From Pseudomonas phage sp. 30-2, in the sequence record LC727697.1: a stretch of DNA of 64,000 nt; one strand, 5' to 3'. A model generated the notes under the pieces. The model searched no databases and had not been told where the DNA came from. It saw only the letters and a list, made by a program, of their open reading frames with translations. The translations under genes and the position numbers were made by a program. Positions 55,721 through 64,000 of the stretch are shown here, piece by piece (position 1 is the stretch's first letter; each line of letters starts with the position of its first letter).

Positions 55721-57940
55721 TTAAACTACAGTTTGGTCTATTTTCTTTTTAGCTTTAGTAGCAGGGGCAATTGCTTGTATAACTACAACTTCGTCTGCTA
55801 CTACCCTGACTTCTGCGTGACCGCCATTTTTAAGATCGCCAAGTAGCATCAGCTTTGACAGCGGCAACTTGACTTTCTCTTGGAACAGCCTCGCGAGCGG
55901 CCGGGCTCCCATCTTAGGATCATATCCATCTGTTGCTAATTTTTGACGTGCTTCTTGGGTAAGGATCAACGATACGCCTTTTTCTAGTACACTTGCTTGC
56001 ACTTTAGCAAACTCAGTGTCTACAATCTTAGACATTTCGTTAATAGTGAGCGCAGAGAACTTAACAATGCCGTCGAGCCTGTTCCGGAATTCAGGCGCAA
56101 ATCCTTTTGTAACTGCGCTATCTATTGCACCGTCGTTAAAATTATTTCCAAATCCAATTGATGCTTTAGCAGCTTGAGCAGCGCCGGAGTTAGATGTCAT
56201 TAGTAGCAAAACGTTACCAAAGAATACAGTTTTGCCAGTTGACGAAGTTAGCCGGGCGTCATCCATCACCTGAAGGAACGTACTAAATACCTTCGGGTGT
56301 GCTTTTTCGATTTCGTCTAGCAACAAGATGCAGTTGGGATTTTTTTCAATCTCAGAGATTAACTGCCCTGCGCCAGCTTCACCTTCGCCGTGCCCTACAT
56401 ATCCGGGCGGCGCGCCCAGCAATCGGGCGACGCTATGCTGTTCTTGGTATTCAGACATATCGAACCGCACTAAAGGAATACCCATATGTTGGGATAGTTT
56501 TTTTGCCAAGAACGTTTTGCCAGTACCGGTCGGACCCACTAATAAGAAGTTACCAATCGGCTTATTGGCATCTCGAAGTCCTGCTTTGTGTACCATTACT
56601 GCTTCGCAGAGCTTGTTAATAGCTTCGTCTTGCCCGAACACATCGTGTTTGAGATTACCTTCTAGACGAGCAATGGTGTCGTTTTCGGTGTTATCCAACA
56701 TTTCCGGACGCATATGAGCTAATTTAGCTACAGTTTCTATGACCATACGCTCGGTAATAGTAGAGATCCCTGCTAATTTAGCTCTGGCGCCGACCAGGTC
56801 TATTGCATCGATTGATTTGTCGGGCTGGTGCCGAGTTTTGATGTATCGTTCGGTCAAATCGACTGCTAGATCTAGAGTCCCTACGTCGTATTTGACGCCA
56901 TGGAACTCTTCGTAATATTGCTTTAATCCGGCAACTATTTTTTTAGTGTCACCTACACTAGGCGGCGGAACATCCACTTTTTGGAACCGGCGCATTAACG
57001 CCCGATCTTTTTCGAAGTGTGTACTATATTCGTCGTAGGTAGTTGCGCCTATGCAACGAAGTGTTCCTTTTGCTAATTCTGGCTTGAGCAGGTTAGCAGC
57101 GTCTACCGACGAGCCATTACTTGCACCAGCGCCCATGATCATATGTATTTCGTCGATGAAGACGATGGCATTTTTCATTGCTTTTAGTTCGTCTAGTAGC
57201 GCTTTCATGCGCTCTTCGAACTCGCCGCGATATTTAGTGCCTGCCATCATCGCGCCGATATCGAGTGAAATAACTTGTTTGTCAGAAATTGCTTCGGGCA
57301 CCTCACCATTGACGATTTTCATCGCCAACCCTTCGGCAATTGCTGTCTTACCCACACCTTCTTTGCCGGTAAGAATGCAATTGTTTTTTCGCCGGCGGGC
57401 AAGGGCTTCGATAACTTCTTCTAGTTCAGTTTCCCGGCCGATAACCGGATCGATTTTGCCCTCAGATACTTCGTCGTTAAGATTGCGAGTAAACGACTTT
57501 ATAAGGGATTCTGCTTCTGCAGATTTCTTCGCTTCAGTTACTACAGCAGTAGTAACACCGTAGTGCGCGAGAAGCTGGCTTGCATTGCAACTGGTGTCTT
57601 TGATGAGTGCATCGAGCATATCGACATACGTCATTGCTTTGTTAGGATCTAATGCAATTTTAGTTGCCAATTGCTGGCACCAGCGACTAAGAGAGGGACT
57701 GATATCAATATTCATATCAGTTATGTGTCGGGATTTTCCCAATTGGGTAACAAGGAAATCAGATACTGCTTTAGTTAATTGATCCGGGTCTGCATTGCAG
57801 TTTTTAACACAGTCCTTTACTTCGTCGTATCCTAATAAAACATATAATACATGATCTGAAGTAATGGCTTCGTGTTGGTGACTTACTGCAAGTTTTTTGG
57901 CTTCAGTAAGTACAGTATTCAGTTTCTTTTGGCTATCCAT
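55721..57940 (-). CDS. clpA: ClpA-like double-AAA+ unfoldase
   Basis: Clp_N domain and two Walker A sites (GKEGVGKTAIA; GPTGTGKTFLAKKL). The IGF ClpP-docking tripeptide is present (SIGFGNNF). GC-rich. Confidence 0.85.
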   Translation of the reverse strand: MDSQKKLNTVLTEAKKLAVSHQHEAITSDHVLYVLLGYDEVKDCVKNCNADPDQLTKAVSDFLVTQLGKSRHITDMNIDISPSLSRWCQQLATKIALDPNKAMTYVDMLDALIKDTSCNASQLLAHYGVTTAVVTEAKKSAEAESLIKSFTRNLNDEVSEGKIDPVIGRETELEEVIEALARRRKNNCILTGKEGVGKTAIAEGLAMKIVNGEVPEAISDKQVISLDIGAMMAGTKYRGEFEERMKALLDELKAMKNAIVFIDEIHMIMGAGASNGSSVDAANLLKPELAKGTLRCIGATTYDEYSTHFEKDRALMRRFQKVDVPPPSVGDTKKIVAGLKQYYEEFHGVKYDVGTLDLAVDLTERYIKTRHQPDKSIDAIDLVGARAKLAGISTITERMVIETVAKLAHMRPEMLDNTENDTIARLEGNLKHDVFGQDEAINKLCEAVMVHKAGLRDANKPIGNFLLVGPTGTGKTFLAKKLSQHMGIPLVRFDMSEYQEQHSVARLLGAPPGYVGHGEGEAGAGQLISEIEKNPNCILLLDEIEKAHPKVFSTFLQVMDDARLTSSTGKTVFFGNVLLLMTSNSGAAQAAKASIGFGNNFNDGAIDSAVTKGFAPEFRNRLDGIVKFSALTINEMSKIVDTEFAKVQASVLEKGVSLILTQEARQKLATDGYDPKMGARPLARLFQEKVKLPLSKLMLLGDLKNGGHAEVRVVADEVVVIQAIAPATKAKKKIDQTVV

Positions 57941-57949
57941 GTGTACCCC

Positions 57950-58639
57950 TTACGAGATTGTGTATGGTTTTGCTTTGTACGTTAGTAGTATACTAGTATC
58001 GCTACTTTTAGTCAAACGAACTTTTGTGAACATGTTGACAGTTATATACAAATGACCTGTTATGGTTTCTAAAATATTGTTTACTGTATATGTATTCTTA
58101 ATACCTTTGTTCTTCACTAGTATTTTAGATCCAGATACAAATGATGTAGGTATACCTACTTTTATCTTATTTCCGTACGGATGCTCAACTATTATTTCTG
58201 TGCCCATAATTATGTCGAGACTTTCTACAGAAATAGTTGCATATACATCTATGCCATTTTGAGCTATAGAAAATGTATCATGTATGAATATTACGGTAAC
58301 TAATAATATAGAATTGTTTACTATTATTATTTTTTGTGAATTATGAGGGAAATGTGGCGGAATTTCTATAATAAATTTATGATTAGCTGTCTTGAATTTG
58401 CCGCCTTTATTTTGGTATTTTAATGGAATATATACTGTATCTGTGTATTGTTCTGTTTTAATAGAAATCCATTTTATTGCATATTCGTATGCTTCCCTTA
58501 CTTGTTTAAACATGTTTTCTGCATCTTTATCTTTATTTCTGTCAGGATGATATTTTGATGCAAGTTTTCTGTATGCAGTCTTTATCTGTTTTTCTGTGGG
58601 ATTAGCAGATACGCCAAGGATTGTTTGCCAATTCTTCAT
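57950..58639 (-). CDS. J-domain (DnaJ-like) protein
   Basis: N-terminal J domain [31 protein letters not shown] with the HPD motif. Confidence 0.75.
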   Translation of the reverse strand: MKNWQTILGVSANPTEKQIKTAYRKLASKYHPDRNKDKDAENMFKQVREAYEYAIKWISIKTEQYTDTVYIPLKYQNKGGKFKTANHKFIIEIPPHFPHNSQKIIIVNNSILLVTVIFIHDTFSIAQNGIDVYATISVESLDIIMGTEIIVEHPYGNKIKVGIPTSFVSGSKILVKNKGIKNTYTVNNILETITGHLYITVNMFTKVRLTKSSDTSILLTYKAKPYTIS

Positions 58640-58677
58640 GATAGTTAAAGCACTTATCGAAAATAAGTGCTTTTTGA

Positions 58678-59379
58678 TTATAATTTGGCTATAATAGGTT
58701 GCTTAGATTGGTGTTGAAGTATTATATATTCGTTTAGTTTATATACTTCCCATTTTTTACCTAAAAATGCCGATAATAAAGCAACATTACTATCTACATT
58801 AGATAGTTCTATAGCACATTCATTTAGTTTTAAACTATTAAATGCTTTTTCGCCTATATACAATGGCTCAAAACTTACTGTTCTATGAGAATTAGATATG
58901 TATATTCTAGAATCATCTATGTGAGCAGAAGATATATCACTGTCAGTAAGCATAGATATTACACTTTCTGTTATTGATGCTTCTTCGTCATCTAGTAATA
59001 TTATATAATCTAATAGTCTTTCGTCATCGTATGGTAGTAATTCGTTACAAAGATATGCTTTAACTAACCAGTCTTGCTTTCCAGACACATTTTCTACATC
59101 TTTTATAATCTTGTAAAATTTTTCAAAGAAGCCTGCTTTTCTTTTTAATTCTACAAATACTAAATAATTTCCGTTTTCGTCGGGATTGGGACTTACATCG
59201 ACATCTAATACTTCTATAAAACTTTTTTCTATAAAATCGTCTAAATCAAACGCAGGGTCTTCGTCAATGGTATAGAATGCAATGACTATAACTTCTTCCT
59301 GTGTTCCAGATTTAGGCATATACTCATCCACCGAAATTATAGGTAATACAGTTCCTTTCAATGAGTGTCTAGCTAACAT
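58678..59379 (-). CDS. hypothetical acidic protein
   Basis: 233-aa ORF. Confidence 0.5.
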   Translation of the reverse strand: MLARHSLKGTVLPIISVDEYMPKSGTQEEVIVIAFYTIDEDPAFDLDDFIEKSFIEVLDVDVSPNPDENGNYLVFVELKRKAGFFEKFYKIIKDVENVSGKQDWLVKAYLCNELLPYDDERLLDYIILLDDEEASITESVISMLTDSDISSAHIDDSRIYISNSHRTVSFEPLYIGEKAFNSLKLNECAIELSNVDSNVALLSAFLGKKWEVYKLNEYIILQHQSKQPIIAKL

Positions 59380-59408
59380 TATATACCCCTTTATAATATG
59401 GAATAATT

Positions 59409-59942
59409 TTATAGATTTCCATCTACATCGTTTATTCCGTTTTCGCCTGCTGCTTCTACATCAGCTATTGCACTAGGATCTATATCATCTACGTTAGAGA
59501 AATCCTGCATGCCATCTATTATTGCTTCGTCTATAAATTTCCTAGGCATAGTTATTGTCACTAACCAAATAGGCAATTCTTCTATTTTTGCTTGCTTAGT
59601 AGCTGGGTTTTCGTAGTCAGGTCTACCTGTTACTTTTTTTGGTTCTAAAAAAACATCCCTTTCGTACTTTACTTTGCAACCGTATTTTAGTAAACGCAAT
59701 CCTGCATCGGGATCTGGCATATCTTTTTCATTGTACATCCAGGTAGTAGTAACCCAATATCTAGAAATAAAGGGTCCGGCAACTAATTCTCCTTTATTCC
59801 AATTTGCATAAGAAAAAACATTACAGTTATCTAATGTTTTTTCTAATTCTATGAGCATATCTAATACTTTATTATTTCCTGCTATTTGAACTAAATTCTC
59901 TCTAGCAGTATCTGCATTGTGTTTGTTCATTTTACTATCCAA
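59409..59942 (-). CDS. hypothetical protein
   Basis: 177-aa ORF; a divergent promoter region follows. Confidence 0.5.
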   Translation of the reverse strand: MDSKMNKHNADTARENLVQIAGNNKVLDMLIELEKTLDNCNVFSYANWNKGELVAGPFISRYWVTTTWMYNEKDMPDPDAGLRLLKYGCKVKYERDVFLEPKKVTGRPDYENPATKQAKIEELPIWLVTITMPRKFIDEAIIDGMQDFSNVDDIDPSAIADVEAAGENGINDVDGNL

Positions 59943-60106
59943 ATAATATATTATATTTATCTACACATTAATCTTAATATTTAAAATTAGATGTAGATTT
60001 TTCTTAAGTCTTAATGTATAATAACACACATAAATAACAATGTAAAGATTAGATCTTTATACATATTATCACACTAAAAATAAGATTTTAACCAGGAGTC
60101 ATACTT

Positions 60107-60880
60107 TTGAAACAACGTGATAAGCGCAAAGCTCGAGCAAGCGAAGGTCCTAACAGTACCTTTCATCTAGTAACTAACAATGTTGTTCAACCGTCTACTA
60201 ATACTAAACAAGTAAGATCTATACAAAGAAAACAAGAAGTTAAGCTAATACCAAAAAGCTTAGCACAAGAAGAATATGTAAACGCATTAGAAGACGATAC
60301 ACAGCACATTGTATTTGCAACAGGTCCAGCAGGATCTGGAAAAACATTACTAGCATCTATGTATGCAATTAAAGCATATAAAGAAGGTAAATGCGATAAG
60401 ATTGTAATTACTAGGCCAGCAGTATCAGTAGACGAAGAACACGGTTTTTTGCCAGGCACGCTAATAGATAAAATGGCTCCTTGGGTAATACCAATAATGG
60501 ATGTGTTTAAAGAATATTATTCCCCTGTCGAAATAGAACAAATGCTTATGGAAGAAATTATAGAAATTGCTCCCCTTGCATATATGAGAGGCAGAACATT
60601 TAAAAATTGTGTTATATTAGCAGACGAAATACAGAATACAACGCCTAACATGTCTAAAATGCTTTTTTCAAGAATAGGTGAGAATTGTAAAATGATAGTC
60701 ACTGGCGATATAGAGCAACACGATCGGGGCTTCGAAATAAATGGACTAAAAGATTTCTTAGAAAGACTCGATAAAGCAGGCGGCAATAAACACATAAGTG
60801 TCATTAAATTTACTTCAAAGGATATTAAACGTCATCCACTGATTGAAGATATTTTAGAAATGTATAAGGACATTAATTAA
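60107..60880 (+). CDS. phoH: PhoH-family ATPase
   Basis: VFATGPAGSGKTLLA Walker A and DEIQN Walker B. TTG start with AGGAG 8 nt upstream. Confidence 0.85.
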   Translation: MKQRDKRKARASEGPNSTFHLVTNNVVQPSTNTKQVRSIQRKQEVKLIPKSLAQEEYVNALEDDTQHIVFATGPAGSGKTLLASMYAIKAYKEGKCDKIVITRPAVSVDEEHGFLPGTLIDKMAPWVIPIMDVFKEYYSPVEIEQMLMEEIIEIAPLAYMRGRTFKNCVILADEIQNTTPNMSKMLFSRIGENCKMIVTGDIEQHDRGFEINGLKDFLERLDKAGGNKHISVIKFTSKDIKRHPLIEDILEMYKDIN

Positions 60881-60882
60881 AT

Positions 60883-60910
60883 AAAAGGGGCATATGCCCC
60901 TTTTATTTTG
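60883..60910. terminator. palindromic rho-independent terminator
   Basis: AAAAGGGGCATATGCCCCTTTTATTTTG. Confidence 0.65.
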
Positions 60911-60930
60911 TCTAATTATTAAACCCAAAA

Positions 60931-60960
60931 TAAAACCCTAACTAGTTAGGGTTTTATTTT
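60931..60960. terminator. palindromic rho-independent terminator
   Basis: TAAAACCCTAACTAGTTAGGGTTTTATTTT. Confidence 0.6.
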
Positions 60961-60962
60961 TG

Positions 60963-61559
60963 TTAGTTTACAATATTTTCTATTTCGGTCCAAAGTTTGT
61001 CTATATCAATCCTTATAATATTTTTAGAAGTTTTTACATTTGTATTATGAGGATGAAGTGCAAGAACAGTTTTTATACCGAGTTTATGACCTAATTCTGC
61101 GTTACCCGGATGGTCTTCTATCCAGAGAATTGCATCTTTAGAATATTTCTTTAACAATTCTTCTTTACTTAGTCCAGGCTCTATGCAATGGACTTCATCA
61201 AACACTTCTTTGCCGAATACTTCAGAGATATTGTATTTTCTATTATCTAGTGCATGTTCTTTCCCACTTAAGCTACTAATAGCAACAAAACTAAATCCTT
61301 TATCTTTTAATTTATTAATAGCATCTACTGCGTTATCCATGGGAGACAGATATCGCATTGCACTAGAATTATTAAACTCTGTTATAAGTTCATTAATGGC
61401 ATCTTTATCTAATTTTAAGTCAGATGCCATATCATACGTAGATGCAACAATATTACTATCTTGCGGTATAAGGTTTTTAGATTTCAAAAAATTTAAAAAT
61501 TCGGGATACCATTTTAAAAGTACACCGTCAACATCTACTAGTATAAGATTATTGCTCAC
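60963..61559 (-). CDS. HAD-superfamily phosphatase, 5'(3')-deoxyribonucleotidase-like
   Basis: ILVDVDGVLLKW resembles the NT5C/HAD motif I VDMDGVL. Confidence 0.55.
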   Translation of the reverse strand: MSNNLILVDVDGVLLKWYPEFLNFLKSKNLIPQDSNIVASTYDMASDLKLDKDAINELITEFNNSSAMRYLSPMDNAVDAINKLKDKGFSFVAISSLSGKEHALDNRKYNISEVFGKEVFDEVHCIEPGLSKEELLKKYSKDAILWIEDHPGNAELGHKLGIKTVLALHPHNTNVKTSKNIIRIDIDKLWTEIENIVN

Positions 61560-61911
61560 TAGATTCTGTCTCGCTAATTTTGGATTCTGTAGTTTCTTCG
61601 CTAGCAGTATTTGATTCTTTTATTGCAAACGGATTCTCTTTACCTAAAAGGCTATAAAATTGCCCAAACTGAATGGGATATTTTTCAGCAACATATTTTG
61701 CAATTTCGTTATATGACGCATTGCCTTCTGTTCTATTTTTATATACAGTTTCTGCCTTTGCATCTAAAATAACAGACGATTGAAGCAACACAGAATTCGG
61801 CAACTTATTAAGAAATGAACACTCTTCTGTTACTTCCCATTGGTCTTTAGTGTATTTCTTTAGTGAATATCGATGAGTCAGTACAATGTATGCTCGTTTA
61901 GTTGAAACCAT
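61549..61911 (-). CDS. hypothetical protein (possible clamp-loader small subunit by position)
   Basis: 120 aa directly downstream of the gp44-like gene. Confidence 0.4.
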   Translation of the reverse strand: MVSTKRAYIVLTHRYSLKKYTKDQWEVTEECSFLNKLPNSVLLQSSVILDAKAETVYKNRTEGNASYNEIAKYVAEKYPIQFGQFYSLLGKENPFAIKESNTASEETTESKISETESSEQ

Positions 61912-61912
61912 A

Positions 61913-62842
61913 TTAAAGTCCTCGTCTGTTTCGTTCTAATTCTATAATTGTTGCTGATAAGTTTATTTCCGGATCAGCAACTAATGAGTGTTTAGATAAG
62001 CCATTTCTAATAATAAGAATTGCACTATCTTTTTGATCATCAGTGTCACCCCAAAGATCTAAATTATCATACATAAACCTATACATATCATCATACTCTT
62101 CTTGTCGTATTTGTTTACATATAAGTTGCCTTGCTTCGGAATATTTTCCATTTTTAAACAGAGCAATTGCACTAATCTTATAATCTTCTGTTGTTACACT
62201 AGATGCTTGCGGTATTTCTAATACACCACTAGTTGTATTCTGCTGAAGTACATTAATGCATTTTCTAAGATCAGGATACGTAGATTTTACGAAATCGTCT
62301 AACACTTCTAATTCAAAACTAATGCCTTCATTTAAAAGTATAGTCGCCATTCGTGTAGTAAATTCGACTTCATCTACTTTTTCTACGTGGAAACTCTGAC
62401 AACGACTATGTAATGCAGGGATAATTTTATTTTGATAATTACCTGTAAGAATAAATCTACAAGAATTTGAATATTGCTCTAATATTCCACGAAGTGTTGC
62501 TTGTGCATTTATACTTAAATGGTCACACTCGTCTAGTATAATATATTTAAAATCACCGAACGGTAATGTAGAAGCAAACCCACTAACTGTGTCCCTAATA
62601 AAATCTACACCGTTATCTCTAGATGCGTTAATGAACAGACAATCGGCATCCATTACTCCTAATTCATTTAACAGTAACCTAGCTAAAGTAGTTTTGCCTA
62701 CACCGGGTGTACCGGTAAGCAAAAGATTTCCGATACTTTTATTGTCTATCCAACTTTGTACTTGCTTCTTTTGTTGTTCACTAGTAAATACGTAATCTTC
62801 TACTTTTTTAGGACGATATTTTTCTGTCCATAATTCTTTCAT
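61913..62842 (-). CDS. clamp loader AAA+ subunit (gp44/RFC-like)
   Basis: Walker A GTPGVGKTTLA, DEAD-like ILDECDHL and the SRC motif ALHSRCQSF. Confidence 0.8.
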   Translation of the reverse strand: MKELWTEKYRPKKVEDYVFTSEQQKKQVQSWIDNKSIGNLLLTGTPGVGKTTLARLLLNELGVMDADCLFINASRDNGVDFIRDTVSGFASTLPFGDFKYIILDECDHLSINAQATLRGILEQYSNSCRFILTGNYQNKIIPALHSRCQSFHVEKVDEVEFTTRMATILLNEGISFELEVLDDFVKSTYPDLRKCINVLQQNTTSGVLEIPQASSVTTEDYKISAIALFKNGKYSEARQLICKQIRQEEYDDMYRFMYDNLDLWGDTDDQKDSAILIIRNGLSKHSLVADPEINLSATIIELERNRRGL

Positions 62843-62855
62843 TAGATATTATGCC

Positions 62856-63182
62856 TTAATTATAAACTCGTGTTTCTACTATTATATTGTCTTCTGGCTC
62901 TTCATCGGATATCAATAAAATAGAATCTATTTCAGCACAGTAATATACATTTTGCTCTGTAGTGTGTACTGGACGGGACCAGCGACCGTGCTTAATTAAC
63001 ACCCATTGGCCTACAACAAATGTATCTTTTTGATCTTCTCTTATATGGGATACTTGTGCCCACCGAGCGCGGATGCCGTGTGACTTACCGTTATCATCTG
63101 TAAAAATAATACCGCCTACAGTGCGTTCGCCTTTTTTAAAATTAGTTACAATAATGTTGTTATGAAGTGGTATTATATTCAT
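62856..63182 (-). CDS. groES: GroES/gp31-like co-chaperonin
   Basis: MNIIPLHNNIIVTNFKKGERTVGGIIFT closely parallels E. coli GroES [28 protein letters not shown]. Confidence 0.7.
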   Translation of the reverse strand: MNIIPLHNNIIVTNFKKGERTVGGIIFTDDNGKSHGIRARWAQVSHIREDQKDTFVVGQWVLIKHGRWSRPVHTTEQNVYYCAEIDSILLISDEEPEDNIIVETRVYN

Positions 63183-63183
63183 T

Positions 63184-63525
63184 TTAAATATCTTTATTAC
63201 TATCTTCTGTTATAGTAATGTTCCCTTCGTCATCTATAATTTCTTTCTTACGTTTTTCTTTTGTAACTTTTTTAGATTGTACTACTTCTTCGTGCTCATC
63301 TTCTTCATCTAGATTGGGTTTGATAGAAGCTGTTGCAGTTTCTGTTTGATGTTCAGAATGGTATCTGTGAACTCGCTCGGCAGCAGTTTCTATAATTTCG
63401 CCGCCTGGACCCAACTTGTCGCCTTTTGCGTTAACATTCATGTTTCCTACTGCAACTACATTTTCATTTTGAATACGGAGTGAATCCATATCTACTAATA
63501 CGCCATTGTTAGATTTTTTTTGCAT
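63184..63525 (-). CDS. hypothetical protein
   Basis: 113-aa ORF. Confidence 0.45.
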   Translation of the reverse strand: MQKKSNNGVLVDMDSLRIQNENVVAVGNMNVNAKGDKLGPGGEIIETAAERVHRYHSEHQTETATASIKPNLDEEDEHEEVVQSKKVTKEKRKKEIIDDEGNITITEDSNKDI

Positions 63526-63537
63526 AATTAACTCCTT

Positions 63538-64000
63538 TTATTTTAGAAATTCTTTTATATCTAAATTATATTTTAGTGAATCTACTTTATGCACGCCTAT
63601 TAAAAATAATACATAAGACGCAACACTAGACCCGCGACCCACACCCCAGATAAGGCAATTTTCCCTCATATATGATACAAAATATATCATAAATCTTAGC
63701 ATATTGTATAAACCGCGTTCTTGAAAGAGTTTCAGTTCCATTAATACTCTTTCTTTTTGTGCATCAGTGTCACATAAATTTAATATAAAAGAATCTATAT
63801 CTATATTTTTAAATTCCGGTGGCATAAACCATTCTGAAGACATTTTTTCATGAAATTCATCAACAGAACAAGTTAAGTGTTTCGTCGTATTAAGTTTATG
63901 CAACCCTAACACTTGTTCTACGTGCATATTATACTTGTTTATGTCTTCGTTGTCAACAAAGAGTGGATCTCCCAGCTGGTTCCCTTGCAAAAGGATATTT
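63538..64000 (-). CDS. partial CDS (5' end outside window) whose C-terminus resembles the DnaE/PolC fingers GxGRGS region
   Basis: No in-frame stop up to the window edge, so the annotated TTG start is probably artificial. ...ERVLMELKLFQERGLYNMLRFMIYFVSYMRENCLIWGVGRGSSVASYVLFLIGVHKVDSLKYNLDIKEFLK aligns with E. coli DnaE [28 protein letters not shown]...[35 protein letters not shown]. Confidence 0.4.
   Translation of the reverse strand, partial: NILLQGNQLGDPLFVDNEDINKYNMHVEQVLGLHKLNTTKHLTCSVDEFHEKMSSEWFMPPEFKNIDIDSFILNLCDTDAQKERVLMELKLFQERGLYNMLRFMIYFVSYMRENCLIWGVGRGSSVASYVLFLIGVHKVDSLKYNLDIKEFLK

Overview
This 64 kb window is an AT-rich, densely coding piece of a T4-like (Tevenvirinae-type) myovirus, with most genes on the minus strand. 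Recognisable T4-type genes are a B-family gp43-like DNA polymerase, a gp45-like sliding clamp, a gp44-like clamp loader, RNase H, a GroES/gp31-like co-chaperonin, and a 20 kb tail-fibre/host-recognition module that includes a 2236-aa repeat-rich giant protein. Auxiliary genes typical of marine T4-likes are PhoH, a CobS/MoxR-type AAA+ ATPase, and a VWA/DUF2201 partner. Throughout, short intergenic gaps carry palindromic 'AAAAGGGG…CCCCTTTT' terminators and NATAAATA late-promoter-like motifs. Four things stand out. (1) The DNA polymerase is 'fractured': its N-part ends in the N-half of an intein inserted at motif C (YGDTD|S), and its C-part begins with the C-half of that intein. A free-standing Vsr-like homing endonuclease gene sits between the two halves, and a paralogous endonuclease is inserted between the MoxR-VWA pair. 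(2) A 7-deazaguanine DNA-modification locus combines a long TGT/DpdA-like transglycosylase, a glycosyltransferase, a short Rossmann protein, an XGPRT-like phosphoribosyltransferase and a QueE-like radical-SAM enzyme with a non-canonical Cys motif. (3) A 1.1 kb ORF-free, visibly GC-richer segment at 4.5–5.6 kb is flanked by AT-rich direct repeats and a perfect 16-bp inverted repeat, and is followed by a promoter-driven, translationally coupled operon of three proteins with no recognisable domains. (4) Several GC-rich islands look acquired, including a ClpA gene with an IGF loop next to a J-domain gene, the cobS/VWA pair, and a partial gene at the window edge that resembles only the fingers region of DnaE. 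All calls rest on reading motifs by eye; no database searches were run.
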